DNA from: Alphaproteobacteria bacterium
Lineage (GTDB): Bacteria; Pseudomonadota; Alphaproteobacteria; GCA-2746255
Reading direction: 5' to 3'
NCBI GenBank assembly: GCA_965249135.1
Contig: OZ252220.1
Coordinates: forward strand, 384,001-448,000
Length of the DNA: 64,000 bases
The notes beneath the pieces are model-generated. The model was not told where the DNA came from. It saw only the letters and a program-made list of their open reading frames with translations, and did no database searches. The translations under genes and the position numbers were made by a program. This document shows, one piece after another, positions 16,590-28,389 of this stretch. The stretch's first letter is position 1. Each line of letters opens with the position of its first letter.

Positions 16590-17369
16590 TTATCCGCCGG
16601 CCCGGGCCGTTTTCGTCCTCGCCGCCTCCGTTAAGGCGATTCGACCCACGCCAGGGAGCAGAATGGCGGGCCTTAACGGGTCGAATCCGATGACAAGACC
16701 CATAAAATTAAGCTCAAACCCCTCTTTTTGGCCATAAAGCGCGCCTAAAAGCCCAAAAAACGAGATTTGATGGCCGGTTCCACTGGGAGCGGGGGCAAAA
16801 AACCCGTAATTCAACAGAAAATCCTTGCCGATGGCCGTCGGTGGCAGCGCCAGGCCAAGCTCCGGAACGGCGCGGGCCACATAGGCCGTGAAGGTGTTGC
16901 TGTTCGGTCCCGGCCACATACGGTAATTCGAATGGGGGTAGGCCGCGATGGCGGCGCGCATTTTTTCGAGCACCGCCTCGGCTGGCTTCCCCCGGATGTC
17001 GAGGATGATTTCCGGCGCGTTTCCATACCAATGGCGATCCGGCAGGTCTTCCTCCACCGACAACGCCGGTTTGCCGAACATCGGGTACCAGCCGACCACC
17101 TGGAAGACGGTGAACCGCGCTGCCTTCGCGGGCTTTACGGCGATCCACGTGTGCACCCCGAAGATCCCCCGCCACGAAAAGGCACGCGCCGCGTAGACCT
17201 GCAGGACGGCTTCGGACGTTTCGGCCGGATCCGGCGCAATGCCTGCGCTTTGCCGATCCGCCGTCCGCCAATCGGCGTCGAACTCGACCTCGTCTGCGGC
17301 CAGGCTGACCAGCGGGCCGGCCGCGAAAAGCAGCACGAAAAGCGCCAAAATCCACTGCCATTTGGCCAT
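16590..17369 (-). CDS. DUF3750 domain protein
   Basis: WRTADRQSAG, RGIFGVHTW, YRMWPGPNSNTF, LPPTAIGKD. Confidence 0.85.
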   Translation of the reverse strand: MAKWQWILALFVLLFAAGPLVSLAADEVEFDADWRTADRQSAGIAPDPAETSEAVLQVYAARAFSWRGIFGVHTWIAVKPAKAARFTVFQVVGWYPMFGKPALSVEEDLPDRHWYGNAPEIILDIRGKPAEAVLEKMRAAIAAYPHSNYRMWPGPNSNTFTAYVARAVPELGLALPPTAIGKDFLLNYGFFAPAPSGTGHQISFFGLLGALYGQKEGFELNFMGLVIGFDPLRPAILLPGVGRIALTEAARTKTARAGG

Positions 17370-17482
17370 GAAAGGATGTTAGCATTTGCGATCGGGACGC
17401 ACTACTTTGCCTGAGTTGGCGGTAGCACTGGGGCGTGAAAAGGCTTTTGTTTTTTACCGAAGGCGCTCTTTTCTATAGTTTT

Positions 17483-17983
17483 ATGGTAAGATTTTTATTT
17501 ATTTTATTGATTTCACTGACGTTTTTTGTCGGAACTGCCCATGCCGACTTCGACGAAGGACTCAGCGCCTACAAGCAGAAAGACTTCAAGAAGGCGTTTG
17601 AAGAATGGCAGCCGCTGGCCGAGCAGGGCGACATGCTGGCCCAGTTCTACCTCGGCCTGATCTATGGCTTCGGCCAAGGCGTCGAGAAGGACCTCGCCGA
17701 GGCGATCCGCTGGTGGCGGCGGTCGGCCGAGCAGGGCAACATCGCCGCCCAGTCCAATCTCGGCTTCATGTATAAATACGGCAATGGCGTGCCCCAGGAC
17801 ATCGTGCTGGCCTATATGTGGTCGAAAATCGCGGCCACGGGTGGCGCCAGCTTTGCCAAAGCGAATCTTAAGGTCATGTCGAAGGAAATGACCGAGACGG
17901 ACATCCAAAAGGCGGAACAACTCGCCAGGGAGTGGCGGGCATCCCATCCTGCGGCCGCCGCCTCGCCGGGCGTGGCCCCTTAA
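17483..17983 (+). CDS. Exported Sel1-repeat protein
   Basis: Signal peptide; AEQG..AQ..LG..Y..G.GV repeats. Confidence 0.88.
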   Translation: MVRFLFILLISLTFFVGTAHADFDEGLSAYKQKDFKKAFEEWQPLAEQGDMLAQFYLGLIYGFGQGVEKDLAEAIRWWRRSAEQGNIAAQSNLGFMYKYGNGVPQDIVLAYMWSKIAATGGASFAKANLKVMSKEMTETDIQKAEQLAREWRASHPAAAASPGVAP

Positions 17984-17990
17984 GAATCCC

Positions 17991-18740
17991 ATGGGGTGGA
18001 ACTACCTCCGGGCGAATAACCTTGCGGCGCTTCTGTTTCTCGTTGCCATCGCGCTGGCGTCGGATGCCACGGACTATTACTTGCAATATCGCAAGGCACT
18101 CGTGCTTCGCATCGACGCGCGGGCCTTTGCCGTCGAAGAGGAAACCGGCGTTGCGATCCTCGATCGCCGGGTGATCGCCGCCATCACCCACGTGCCGCGC
18201 CATCGCTTCGTGCCGATGCGCCTCCAGGCCTTCGCCTATTCCGATGTGCCGCTGCCCGTGGGTCACGGTCAGAACATCTCGACCCCGTTTCTTATCGCGT
18301 TGATGACGGATTTGGCGCGTATCAATAAGGACGACGTCGTCTTCGAGACCGGCACGGGCGCCGGCTACCATGCCGCCGTCCTGGCCGAGCTCGGCAAGCA
18401 GGTGTACAGCGTCGAGGTCGTCGAGCCACTTGCCGGCAAAGCGTCGGACACGCTCAGGAGGCTTGGCTACGGGAACATCGAAACCCGGGTCGGCGACGGC
18501 TATTTCGGCTGGGAGGATCGGGGGCCGTTCGATGCGATCCTCGTGAAGGAGGCGGTCGACCATGTGCCGCCGCCCTTGCTCAAGCAGCTTAGCCTGGGCG
18601 GGCGCATGATCATCCCCGTCGGTCCATTGGAGGGCACCCAGGAGTTGCTCGTCATCGAGAAGGATCTTGAGGGCGTCTTGCGCAAACGAAGCGTGCTGAC
18701 GGTTCGTTTCTCTCCCCTGCAGGGCGGAAGCCGGATCTAA
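17991..18740 (+). CDS. pcm: Protein-L-isoaspartate O-methyltransferase paralog with N-terminal hydrophobic/signal segment
   Basis: VPRHRFV, GQNISTP, ETGTGAGY, GDGYFGW, PFDAI. Confidence 0.85.
   Translation: MGWNYLRANNLAALLFLVAIALASDATDYYLQYRKALVLRIDARAFAVEEETGVAILDRRVIAAITHVPRHRFVPMRLQAFAYSDVPLPVGHGQNISTPFLIALMTDLARINKDDVVFETGTGAGYHAAVLAELGKQVYSVEVVEPLAGKASDTLRRLGYGNIETRVGDGYFGWEDRGPFDAILVKEAVDHVPPPLLKQLSLGGRMIIPVGPLEGTQELLVIEKDLEGVLRKRSVLTVRFSPLQGGSRI
18596..18739 (+). repeat. 144-bp direct repeat, left copy (pcm 3' end)
   Basis: Identical to 20612-20755 except 18729 A vs 20745 G. Confidence 0.95.
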
Positions 18741-18960
18741 TTTTCAAGGCGACAGGTTTATGGGCAAGTCGCTGACTCGAAATGTCCGTGAGGTGCAAAG
18801 CTAACATTCGCCGCTTGGCCTCGAAGGTCTGCTTTTAGGCAGGAGGGGATGTTTGATGGGTTACGGAAACCGGAATTATATTGGATCGTTGACCGAGCAG
18901 GCCACTCCTCCGCACCCTAAGACTAGGTACGTCCGGCGGATCGAGGAACGGTGAGTAGTG

Positions 18961-20589
18961 ATGCACATAAGCCATGTAGAAATCAGCAATTTTCGGTCGC
19001 TGCAGTCGGTGTCGGTGCCGTTAAATACGTTCAGTGTTTTGCTTGGTGAGAACGATGTGGGGAAAACTTCATTCCTTCATGCTCTCGACAAGTTCTTCCT
19101 TGGTAAGAAGCTCGTTGATCCCAACGATTGGTTCAAGAAGGACACGGGCAACGAAATCCGCATTGTGCTCACTTTTCAGGAAGCTCCCCACGACAGGCTA
19201 AAAGATTTTTGTCGCAGCGATGGGTCAATCGTAGTGAGCAAAGTGTTTCCGTTCGGCGAAAGCCCCCAAATCAAGGCAATTCTCGACGACAATTCCGCTA
19301 TGAGCATCCCAGGGCCGATACTGAGCAAGTGGTTCTCATCGGAGCGATTTCACTTCATTCCTGTCCGTCGTGACCTTGCAGTCCAGCTCTCAATGACCAA
19401 GACCGCTCTTCTCGGAAAAATGCTACGGGCTCGAATGAAGGAAAAACTTACAGATGGGGGCACCAAGACATCTCTTGAAGAACTGGAACACCTCCTTATG
19501 GATTCAATCTCCGAGCCGAGAACAATGCTTGAGAACTTTCTGCGACAGCAGATGCACGATAATGCTGTCCGACTCGGATTTGACGATCTCGAAATCGATC
19601 CGGTGGAGGGGGTCAAGTTCGTTGTGAACTTGTCTGATGATCGCGTAGATAACGTGAAAATTGAAAATCGGGGTGCGGGAACACAGAATAACTTGATCAT
19701 CGCTCTTTTCCGGTTGGTCGCTGACCTTGCTGCCGAGGGCTACCTAATCTTGGCGATGGAGGAACCCGAAAATAGTCTTCATCCGAAGGCACAACGTCAG
19801 CTCTTGTCGGTAATCCAAGAGATTAGCGTCAAATCGCAGGTTATCGTCACCACCCATTCACCTGTATTCATCGATCGGAGCCGTTTCGAGAACAATGTCC
19901 TAATGACACGTACTGCCAGCGGGAACACCGTTGCTAAGACGTTCGATGTTTCGTTACTCGATGAGGTCCGAACCGATCTCGGAATACGGGCGTCAGACGC
20001 GCTCCTTAAGGGCGGTGGAAACTGCGCGATATTAGTTGAAGGTAGTACAGAGGAGGATGGATTTCCAACCTTCATGGAGATGTGTGGAATGAGTGAATTC
20101 CACTTGGGTATCGCAATCATCAATATGAACGGCAGCGACTCTAAAAGAGCCGAAACAATCGCCCGATTACTCTACGCATATGATATCCCCTGCATCATTG
20201 TTTTTGATCGAAATGCAGAAAACGCGGCTAAGGATTTAGAGCGCGCAGCAGCAGCCTCGCTCCCAAACATTAAAAAAGTGTTCTGCCTGAGGAAGGGCAA
20301 CATCGAAGATTACTTTCCCCTTGAAATTATTGCGGATGTCATCAATCGCGAATTAAGTCCGACAAAGGAAGTTACCGTAACTGATTTCGATTCGAGCAAG
20401 TCGGGACAAGACCGTCTCAATGATTTCAAGAAGGTTATGTACGAACACGGAGCTGGCGGATCCACCAGGTACTTGAAAAGACTCCTCGGTGGTCTCGGGG
20501 CCAGGTTGATAAAGGAACGAGCTATACCCCTCGATCCTGAACTTGTTGAAATATTCAACACTGTTAAGGCAATTGCCGATCCGGATTAG
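18961..20589 (+). CDS. OLD-family ABC-ATPase/TOPRIM nuclease (putative anti-phage)
   Basis: ISNFRS, Walker A GENDVGKT, Walker B EEPE..LHP, TTHS, TOPRIM ILVEG..EE, IEDY; visibly lower GC than its flanks. Confidence 0.85.
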   Translation: MHISHVEISNFRSLQSVSVPLNTFSVLLGENDVGKTSFLHALDKFFLGKKLVDPNDWFKKDTGNEIRIVLTFQEAPHDRLKDFCRSDGSIVVSKVFPFGESPQIKAILDDNSAMSIPGPILSKWFSSERFHFIPVRRDLAVQLSMTKTALLGKMLRARMKEKLTDGGTKTSLEELEHLLMDSISEPRTMLENFLRQQMHDNAVRLGFDDLEIDPVEGVKFVVNLSDDRVDNVKIENRGAGTQNNLIIALFRLVADLAAEGYLILAMEEPENSLHPKAQRQLLSVIQEISVKSQVIVTTHSPVFIDRSRFENNVLMTRTASGNTVAKTFDVSLLDEVRTDLGIRASDALLKGGGNCAILVEGSTEEDGFPTFMEMCGMSEFHLGIAIINMNGSDSKRAETIARLLYAYDIPCIIVFDRNAENAAKDLERAAAASLPNIKKVFCLRKGNIEDYFPLEIIADVINRELSPTKEVTVTDFDSSKSGQDRLNDFKKVMYEHGAGGSTRYLKRLLGGLGARLIKERAIPLDPELVEIFNTVKAIADPD

Positions 20590-20611
20590 GTTCGGAACAC
20601 CGGCTAGGAAG

Positions 20612-20755
20612 GGGCGGGCGCATGATCATCCCCGTCGGTCCATTGGAGGGCACCCAGGAGTTGCTCGTCATCGAGAAGGATCTTGAGGGCGTCTTGCGCA
20701 AACGAAGCGTGCTGACGGTTCGTTTCTCTCCCCTGCAGGGCGGAGGCCGGATCTA
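20612..20755 (+). repeat. 144-bp direct repeat, right copy (orphan pcm 3' fragment)
   Basis: Duplicate of 18596-18739. Confidence 0.95.
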
Positions 20756-20765
20756 GCCGCCGGAT

Positions 20766-21710
20766 CTAACCAGCGGGTGGCGGGTTGATGGCCTGGTGCT
20801 CGATGAGCCAGTTGCGGCTCACCCGGATGATCGTCTCCATCAGCTCGCGGTCGCCCGGCATCATGTGATCCGATTTTAATGTCACGATCGTCTTCGGCTC
20901 CGGCAGCAACGCGCGCAGCCGTTCGACCGTCTCGAAGGGCACGAGGCGATCGTCGCTGCCGTTCAGCAGCAGGAATTCCCCTTTCAGATGGGGAAGGTGA
21001 TGGACCGGCTCGAGCTCACGCAAGCCAAGCACGGCAAGACCGGTAAGCGTACCCCGAAGCCACGCCGGTTCCTTGCGAAAGGCGAACCGGAAGATCGGTG
21101 CAAGATCGGCCCCGCCATAGGCGATGATCGAGGGGCCGATCCGCATCCCATGCAGGCGCGCCATGTGATGGACGGCGGGCAGGTAGAGCGCGCCGAGGCT
21201 GAAGCCGAGCAGGCTGGTCCGCCCGTCCGACCAGGCTTGCCCGCGTGCCCAGCTGAGGACGGCAAGGATTTGGGCCGGCACCTGGCGGGAGGCCCGCCGG
21301 GCGGCCAGCATCCGTCGCGGCCACCATGCTTCGTACCAGGCCTCCCTCGACAAGGGATAGTCATAGCCGATCACCGCGTTTGCGCCCGCCTTCGGCACCT
21401 CAAAGATGCTGCGCTTGCCGGTGTCGAAACCGCCAAGCAGGATCACGGTGGCAAGGCCGCCTTCCGGCGTCGCCTCGGGCAGGCTTAAGGAGATCTCGAC
21501 CGCATCGAAGCCTTCGAGGCCAAGGGTGATGGCCGTACACACGCGGTGCGGCTCGCACGCCATGGGCTGTTCGCGTAGCAGGCGCGCCGGCGGGATATTG
21601 TCTTGGATGAGCGCCAAGGGGTCTTTCATCTTTTCATGGCCGATCCAGCCACCAAGGAAGAGGATGCCGGCGCCCAAGACGAAAAGAATACCGAGAAGAA
21701 GTGTTTTCAT
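20766..21710 (-). CDS. Membrane-anchored alpha/beta-hydrolase-fold protein
   Basis: N-terminal TM segment, GFSLG nucleophile elbow, NGSDD..VP, SDH. Confidence 0.65.
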   Translation of the reverse strand: MKTLLLGILFVLGAGILFLGGWIGHEKMKDPLALIQDNIPPARLLREQPMACEPHRVCTAITLGLEGFDAVEISLSLPEATPEGGLATVILLGGFDTGKRSIFEVPKAGANAVIGYDYPLSREAWYEAWWPRRMLAARRASRQVPAQILAVLSWARGQAWSDGRTSLLGFSLGALYLPAVHHMARLHGMRIGPSIIAYGGADLAPIFRFAFRKEPAWLRGTLTGLAVLGLRELEPVHHLPHLKGEFLLLNGSDDRLVPFETVERLRALLPEPKTIVTLKSDHMMPGDRELMETIIRVSRNWLIEHQAINPPPAG

Positions 21711-21740
21711 CGAGACTTCCTCCGATCCTTCGGCTTCCTC

Positions 21741-21782
21741 ATTCCCAGGGCGCCAATTCCCAGGGCGCCAATTCCTAGGGCG
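21741..21782. repeat. 15-bp tandem repeat ATTCCCAGGGCGCCA x~2.8
   Basis: Seen directly, upstream of the hydrolase start. Confidence 0.8.
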
Positions 21783-21891
21783 AAGGGATAAGGATTGTCG
21801 CACGAAGCGGAGGAAAGGGAAGGGCCGGACCTTTTTGGCCAGACCTTTCCTTGTTAGGCCAGGCCCTTCCTTGAAAACTGGCCTTGAAAAC

Positions 21892-21967
21892 TGGCTCCCC
21901 GGGTCGGACTCGAACCAACGACACAGCGGTTAACAGCCGCTTGCTCTACCAACTGAGCTACCGGGGA
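21892..21967 (-). tRNA. tRNA-Asn(GTT)
   Basis: TCCCCGGTAGCTCAGTTGGTAGAGC...CTGTTAA...GGTTCGAGTCC...GGGGAGCCA, 76 nt. Confidence 0.96.
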
Positions 21968-22159
21968 TCATCGGACGCGACCGAGCAAAACCGCGCATCG
22001 CACCGTTTCGCTATATAGCAGAGCCCGCAATACCTTGCCAGCATCCGATGCGCCTTCACAAAAGCTTAAACGCCCGGAAATCCTGGGGGAATGGCGGAAT
22101 CTTGCTATGCTTGTGTCGGCGTGAAGGAACGGCAAGGAGAACCGAAACGTGTCGCAACG

Positions 22160-22360
22160 ATGGCGGCGTTTAAAAGCCCGGGCGTGGTGCGCCGGGCGAC
22201 GTTCGTGGCAATCGTCGTCGGGACCCTTTTGAACCTGATTAACAATTATGGCGTTTTCTTGGGCGAGGCGCCGAGCCTTACCTTGGCCATGAAGATGGGC
22301 CTGACTTATATAGTGCCGTATGGGGTCTCAAGCTATAGCCAGGCTTTTTTAACTCCTTAA
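22160..22360 (+). CDS. NrtS-family small membrane protein
   Basis: RA..VAIVVGTLLNLIN...LTYIVPY.VSSY pattern. Confidence 0.7.
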   Translation: MAAFKSPGVVRRATFVAIVVGTLLNLINNYGVFLGEAPSLTLAMKMGLTYIVPYGVSSYSQAFLTP

Positions 22361-22430
22361 CCATTTCAGGCTAGAGAGGAAGGGCCAAGCTGGAGGTGAA
22401 AAGACCGGCGCAGGTTCGGGCATGGAGTGC

Positions 22431-22504
22431 TGGAGGCGCGGGCCGGAATCGAACCGGCGTACACAGATTTGCAGTCTGCTGGATAACCACTCTCCCACCG
22501 CGCC
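22431..22504 (-). tRNA. tRNA-Cys(GCA)
   Basis: GGCGCGGTGGGAGAGTGGTT...CTGCAAA...GGTTCGATTCCGGCCCGCGCCTCCA, 74 nt. Confidence 0.96.
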
Positions 22505-22675
22505 GGTTGTTTTTCGTGTTGGGCTTGAATACCCCGGAAGGGCCAGAGATATAGGACCTGACCAAAGGGCGGTCAAGCAACGCGAAGCCCTTGAAAACCC
22601 GGCTTCCGAGCGTCGTTGTGTTCGCAACGTCCGGAAAGTATAAACGGTTCCCCGATTGATCGATCGAGAGATTTC

Positions 22676-23332
22676 ATGACCGATTTTGCTGCCGCCCGAC
22701 GGAACATGGTGGATTGCCAGTTGCGGCCGCATGAGGTGGCCGATCCGGGCATTATTGCCGCCATGCTCGACGTGCCGCGCGAGCGTTTCGTGCCCCCAAA
22801 CTTTCAGGGTGTCGCCTATATCGATGAGGACTTGGCCGTCGGCGAGGGACGCTACGTGATGGAGCCGATGGTGCTCGGGCGGCTCTTGCAGCTTGCCGAG
22901 ATCGGGCCCGACGACGTCGTGCTCGATATCGGCTGTGGCAGCGGCTATTCGGCCGTCGTGATCGGGCGTTTGGCGGGCACGGTCGTTGCCCTTGAGAGCG
23001 ATCCCGCCCTGGCAGCGACGGCAAGCGAACGGTTTACCGAGTTCGATTGCGACAACGTGGCCGTCGTGGAGGGGGCGCTGGCAGAAGGCTGCCCGGCCCA
23101 GGCCCCCTTCGATGTGATTTTCATCGACGGCGCCGTGGCGGAAGTGCCGGCGGCGATCACCGATCAGTTGAAAGAAGGCGGGCGTTTGGTAACGGTCGTG
23201 ACGGCCAAGGCGCGGGTCGGCCAAGGCGTCGTCATGATCCGCTCCGGAGACTGCGTGGGGTGCCGCGCCGTCTTCGACGCGGCAACGCCGCTCCTGCCGG
23301 GTTTCGCGGCCAAGGAAGAGTTTGTCTTCTAG
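22676..23332 (+). CDS. Protein-L-isoaspartate O-methyltransferase family protein
   Basis: ARRNMVDCQLRP, VPRERFVP, DIGCGSGY, FVF end; conserved position upstream of tolC-popZ. Confidence 0.88.
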   Translation: MTDFAAARRNMVDCQLRPHEVADPGIIAAMLDVPRERFVPPNFQGVAYIDEDLAVGEGRYVMEPMVLGRLLQLAEIGPDDVVLDIGCGSGYSAVVIGRLAGTVVALESDPALAATASERFTEFDCDNVAVVEGALAEGCPAQAPFDVIFIDGAVAEVPAAITDQLKEGGRLVTVVTAKARVGQGVVMIRSGDCVGCRAVFDAATPLLPGFAAKEEFVF

Positions 23333-23392
23333 CGAATCTTATATTAATATTTAGCTGTAAATTTACATCAATTCTCTTCATCGACGGGATTT

Positions 23393-24787
23393 GTGGCAAA
23401 GGGGACTTCGAGATTGGGCAAGGCGGTCCGAGCAGTCCTGAAGGTCTGCGCGTTTCTTGTGGCCGGTGCGGCGCCGCTGACGGCTGCCGCCCAGACCCTT
23501 GAAGCAGCCCTTGCGGCCGCCTACCAGAACAATCCGACGCTCCAGGCCCAACGGGCCCAGCTTCGGGCGACGGACGAAGCGGTCCCGCAGGCGATGGCTG
23601 GCTGGCGGCCGACGATCACGGTGAGTGGCGAGACGGGGCAAAGCAGCGTCGATGGGAATCTCTTTGCCCAAACCACCGGCAGTCAGTCCCGCTCTCCCTC
23701 GAGCGTGAGCCTCGACGTTGCACAGCCGCTCTTCCGGGGCGGCCGGACCTTCTATGAGACCCGCCGCGCCGAGGACCGCATTCAGGCCGAGCGCGCGCGC
23801 CTTCGCGTCGTCGAGGCGCAAGTCCTCCTCGATGGCGCCGTTTCCTTCATCGACGTCGTGCGCGATCAAGCCGTCGTCGAGCTCAACGTCAACAACGAAC
23901 AAGTGCTCCGGCGTCAGCGGGAAGCCGCCGGCGACCGCTTCGAGGTCGGTGAAATCACCCGCACGGATGTCGCCCAGGCCGAAGCGAGGCTGGCCGGCGC
24001 GCGCGCCGGCCGGATTCGGGCGGAAGGAAACCTCGCTTCCTCGCGAGCGGCCTTCAAGAAGGTGATTGGCGTTGTGCCCCAAGAACTTGTCGAGCCCTTC
24101 GCGCCAAGGGACCTGCCCCAGGCTCGGGAAGTGGCCCTTCAGAGTGCCGCCAATTACTTTCCAGGCGTGATCTTGGCGGCGTTCAACGAGAAGGCCGCCA
24201 AGGAAACCATCAATATCGTCGAGGGCGAACTCTTGCCGACGGTTTCTCTGAATAGCGAAATCAGCAGGGCCAAGGAGCAGTTTTCTACCGTCGATGACAC
24301 GGAACGGGTCGCGGTCAGCGCGCAGATGACGGTGCCGCTCTATCAAGCCGGCACCGTCTATTCCCGGTTGCGTGAGGCGCGTCAGGTCGCCGGCCAACGC
24401 AAAGTCGAAGTCGAAGAGGCGCGCCGGCAAGCCATCGAGCAATCGGCCCGCGCCTGGTCGGACCTGGAAGCGGCCCGCGCCAGCATCGCCTCTATCGAGA
24501 CCCAGGTCGAAGCCTCCACCATCGCCCTTGAGGGCGTCCAACAGGAGGCCCTCGTCGGATCGCGCACCGTGCTTGACGTGCTGGATGCCGAGCAGGAACT
24601 TCTCGATGCAAAAGTGGAGCTGGTTCAGGCCCAACGGGACGAATTCGTGGCCAGTTTTCGCCTGAAGTCGGCGACCGGCGTGTTGACGGCGGAAGCCCTG
24701 GGACTCCCAGTTCGGGCCTACGATATGAACAAGCACTACGACGAAGTCCGGGATAAATGGATCGGCTTCGGCAGCGATCCGGAGTAA
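23393..24787 (+). CDS. tolC: TolC-family outer membrane protein
   Basis: AYQNNPTL, FEVGEITRTDVAQA, GSRTVLDVLDAEQEL. Confidence 0.9.
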   Translation: MAKGTSRLGKAVRAVLKVCAFLVAGAAPLTAAAQTLEAALAAAYQNNPTLQAQRAQLRATDEAVPQAMAGWRPTITVSGETGQSSVDGNLFAQTTGSQSRSPSSVSLDVAQPLFRGGRTFYETRRAEDRIQAERARLRVVEAQVLLDGAVSFIDVVRDQAVVELNVNNEQVLRRQREAAGDRFEVGEITRTDVAQAEARLAGARAGRIRAEGNLASSRAAFKKVIGVVPQELVEPFAPRDLPQAREVALQSAANYFPGVILAAFNEKAAKETINIVEGELLPTVSLNSEISRAKEQFSTVDDTERVAVSAQMTVPLYQAGTVYSRLREARQVAGQRKVEVEEARRQAIEQSARAWSDLEAARASIASIETQVEASTIALEGVQQEALVGSRTVLDVLDAEQELLDAKVELVQAQRDEFVASFRLKSATGVLTAEALGLPVRAYDMNKHYDEVRDKWIGFGSDPE

Positions 24788-24907
24788 TCGGACTCCCCGC
24801 TAGGGGCTTCTTATTCTGGCGTTTTTTCCGGGACTGGCTTAGGGTTAACCAATTGTTTTCCGGGACCGGCTAAGGCTTGGCTGGCCACGGTTGATAGGTG
24901 CGGACGA

Positions 24908-25603
24908 ATGATGGAAAGCCCAGAACAAACACCTGCCACAGAGGAGGGGGGCGAGGATCAGGGGGAACCCTCTATGGAGGAGATTCTCGCGTCCATTCGC
25001 CGTATCATTTCCGAAGACGAAGAGGCTGGTGAGGGGGAGCAGCCGGCCGACGCCGATTCGGAAGCGGCGACTGCCGAAGCAGGTGCAGAAGAAGCAGGGG
25101 CGAGCGAAGAAGACGTTCTGGATCTCACCCAGATGGTCACGAAGGACGGGGACGTGGTGGATCTCGCGGAAGGGAAAGAACCGGAGACGGAGATGACGGC
25201 AGAGGCGGACGAACAGGAAGAAGCCCCGGAGGAGACCGAGCCGGAAGCGGCGCCGGCGGACGAAAACGAGCTCGTGCTCGAAGACGCCGAGCCTGACGAG
25301 GCGGAACCGGCCGCCGAGGAAGCGGCAGCCCCGCCGGCCGCCGGCGACGACGATTCGCTTGTTTCCCCGCCGACGGCGGCCGCCGCGACCGAATCCTTCG
25401 AAGAACTTGCGAAGGCCGTCACCAAGGAAGAGGGGACCGGGACCCCGCTTGCTTCCATCCCCGGTAAGACCTTGGAAGACATCGTCAAGGAATTGCTGCG
25501 CCCGATGCTGAAGGAATGGTTCGACCAGAATCTTCCTTCGCTCACCGAAAAACTGGTACGAAAAGAGGTCGAGCGGGCTGCTCGCCGGGCCGAAGAACTC
25601 TAA
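24908..25603 (+). CDS. popZ: Polar organizing protein PopZ (DUF2497)
   Basis: EPSMEEILASIRRIISED, acidic linker, TLEDIVKELLRPMLKEWFDQNLP; tolC-popZ-valS synteny. Confidence 0.93.
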   Translation: MMESPEQTPATEEGGEDQGEPSMEEILASIRRIISEDEEAGEGEQPADADSEAATAEAGAEEAGASEEDVLDLTQMVTKDGDVVDLAEGKEPETEMTAEADEQEEAPEETEPEAAPADENELVLEDAEPDEAEPAAEEAAAPPAAGDDDSLVSPPTAAAATESFEELAKAVTKEEGTGTPLASIPGKTLEDIVKELLRPMLKEWFDQNLPSLTEKLVRKEVERAARRAEEL

Positions 25604-25693
25604 ACTCCCACGCGATTTGGATGCATCTAGGCTACGGCGGTCCGTGGCCATGGTTCGTTTTGCTTGAAAAGGTGAGGCAACGTTCCCAACGCA

Positions 25694-28327
<2,634 letters not shown>

Positions 28328-28389
28328 ATGCCGTTCCGGCATTAGAATGACGCGCCGATGATTAGGGCTGATGATTAAGGAAGAGACCC

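Noticed and set aside
21869-21894. Short duplications CCTTGAAAACTGG x2 (and CCTCTTGAAGCCCC x2 at 63059)
   Set aside because: Two-copy micro-duplications with no associated element; probably slippage
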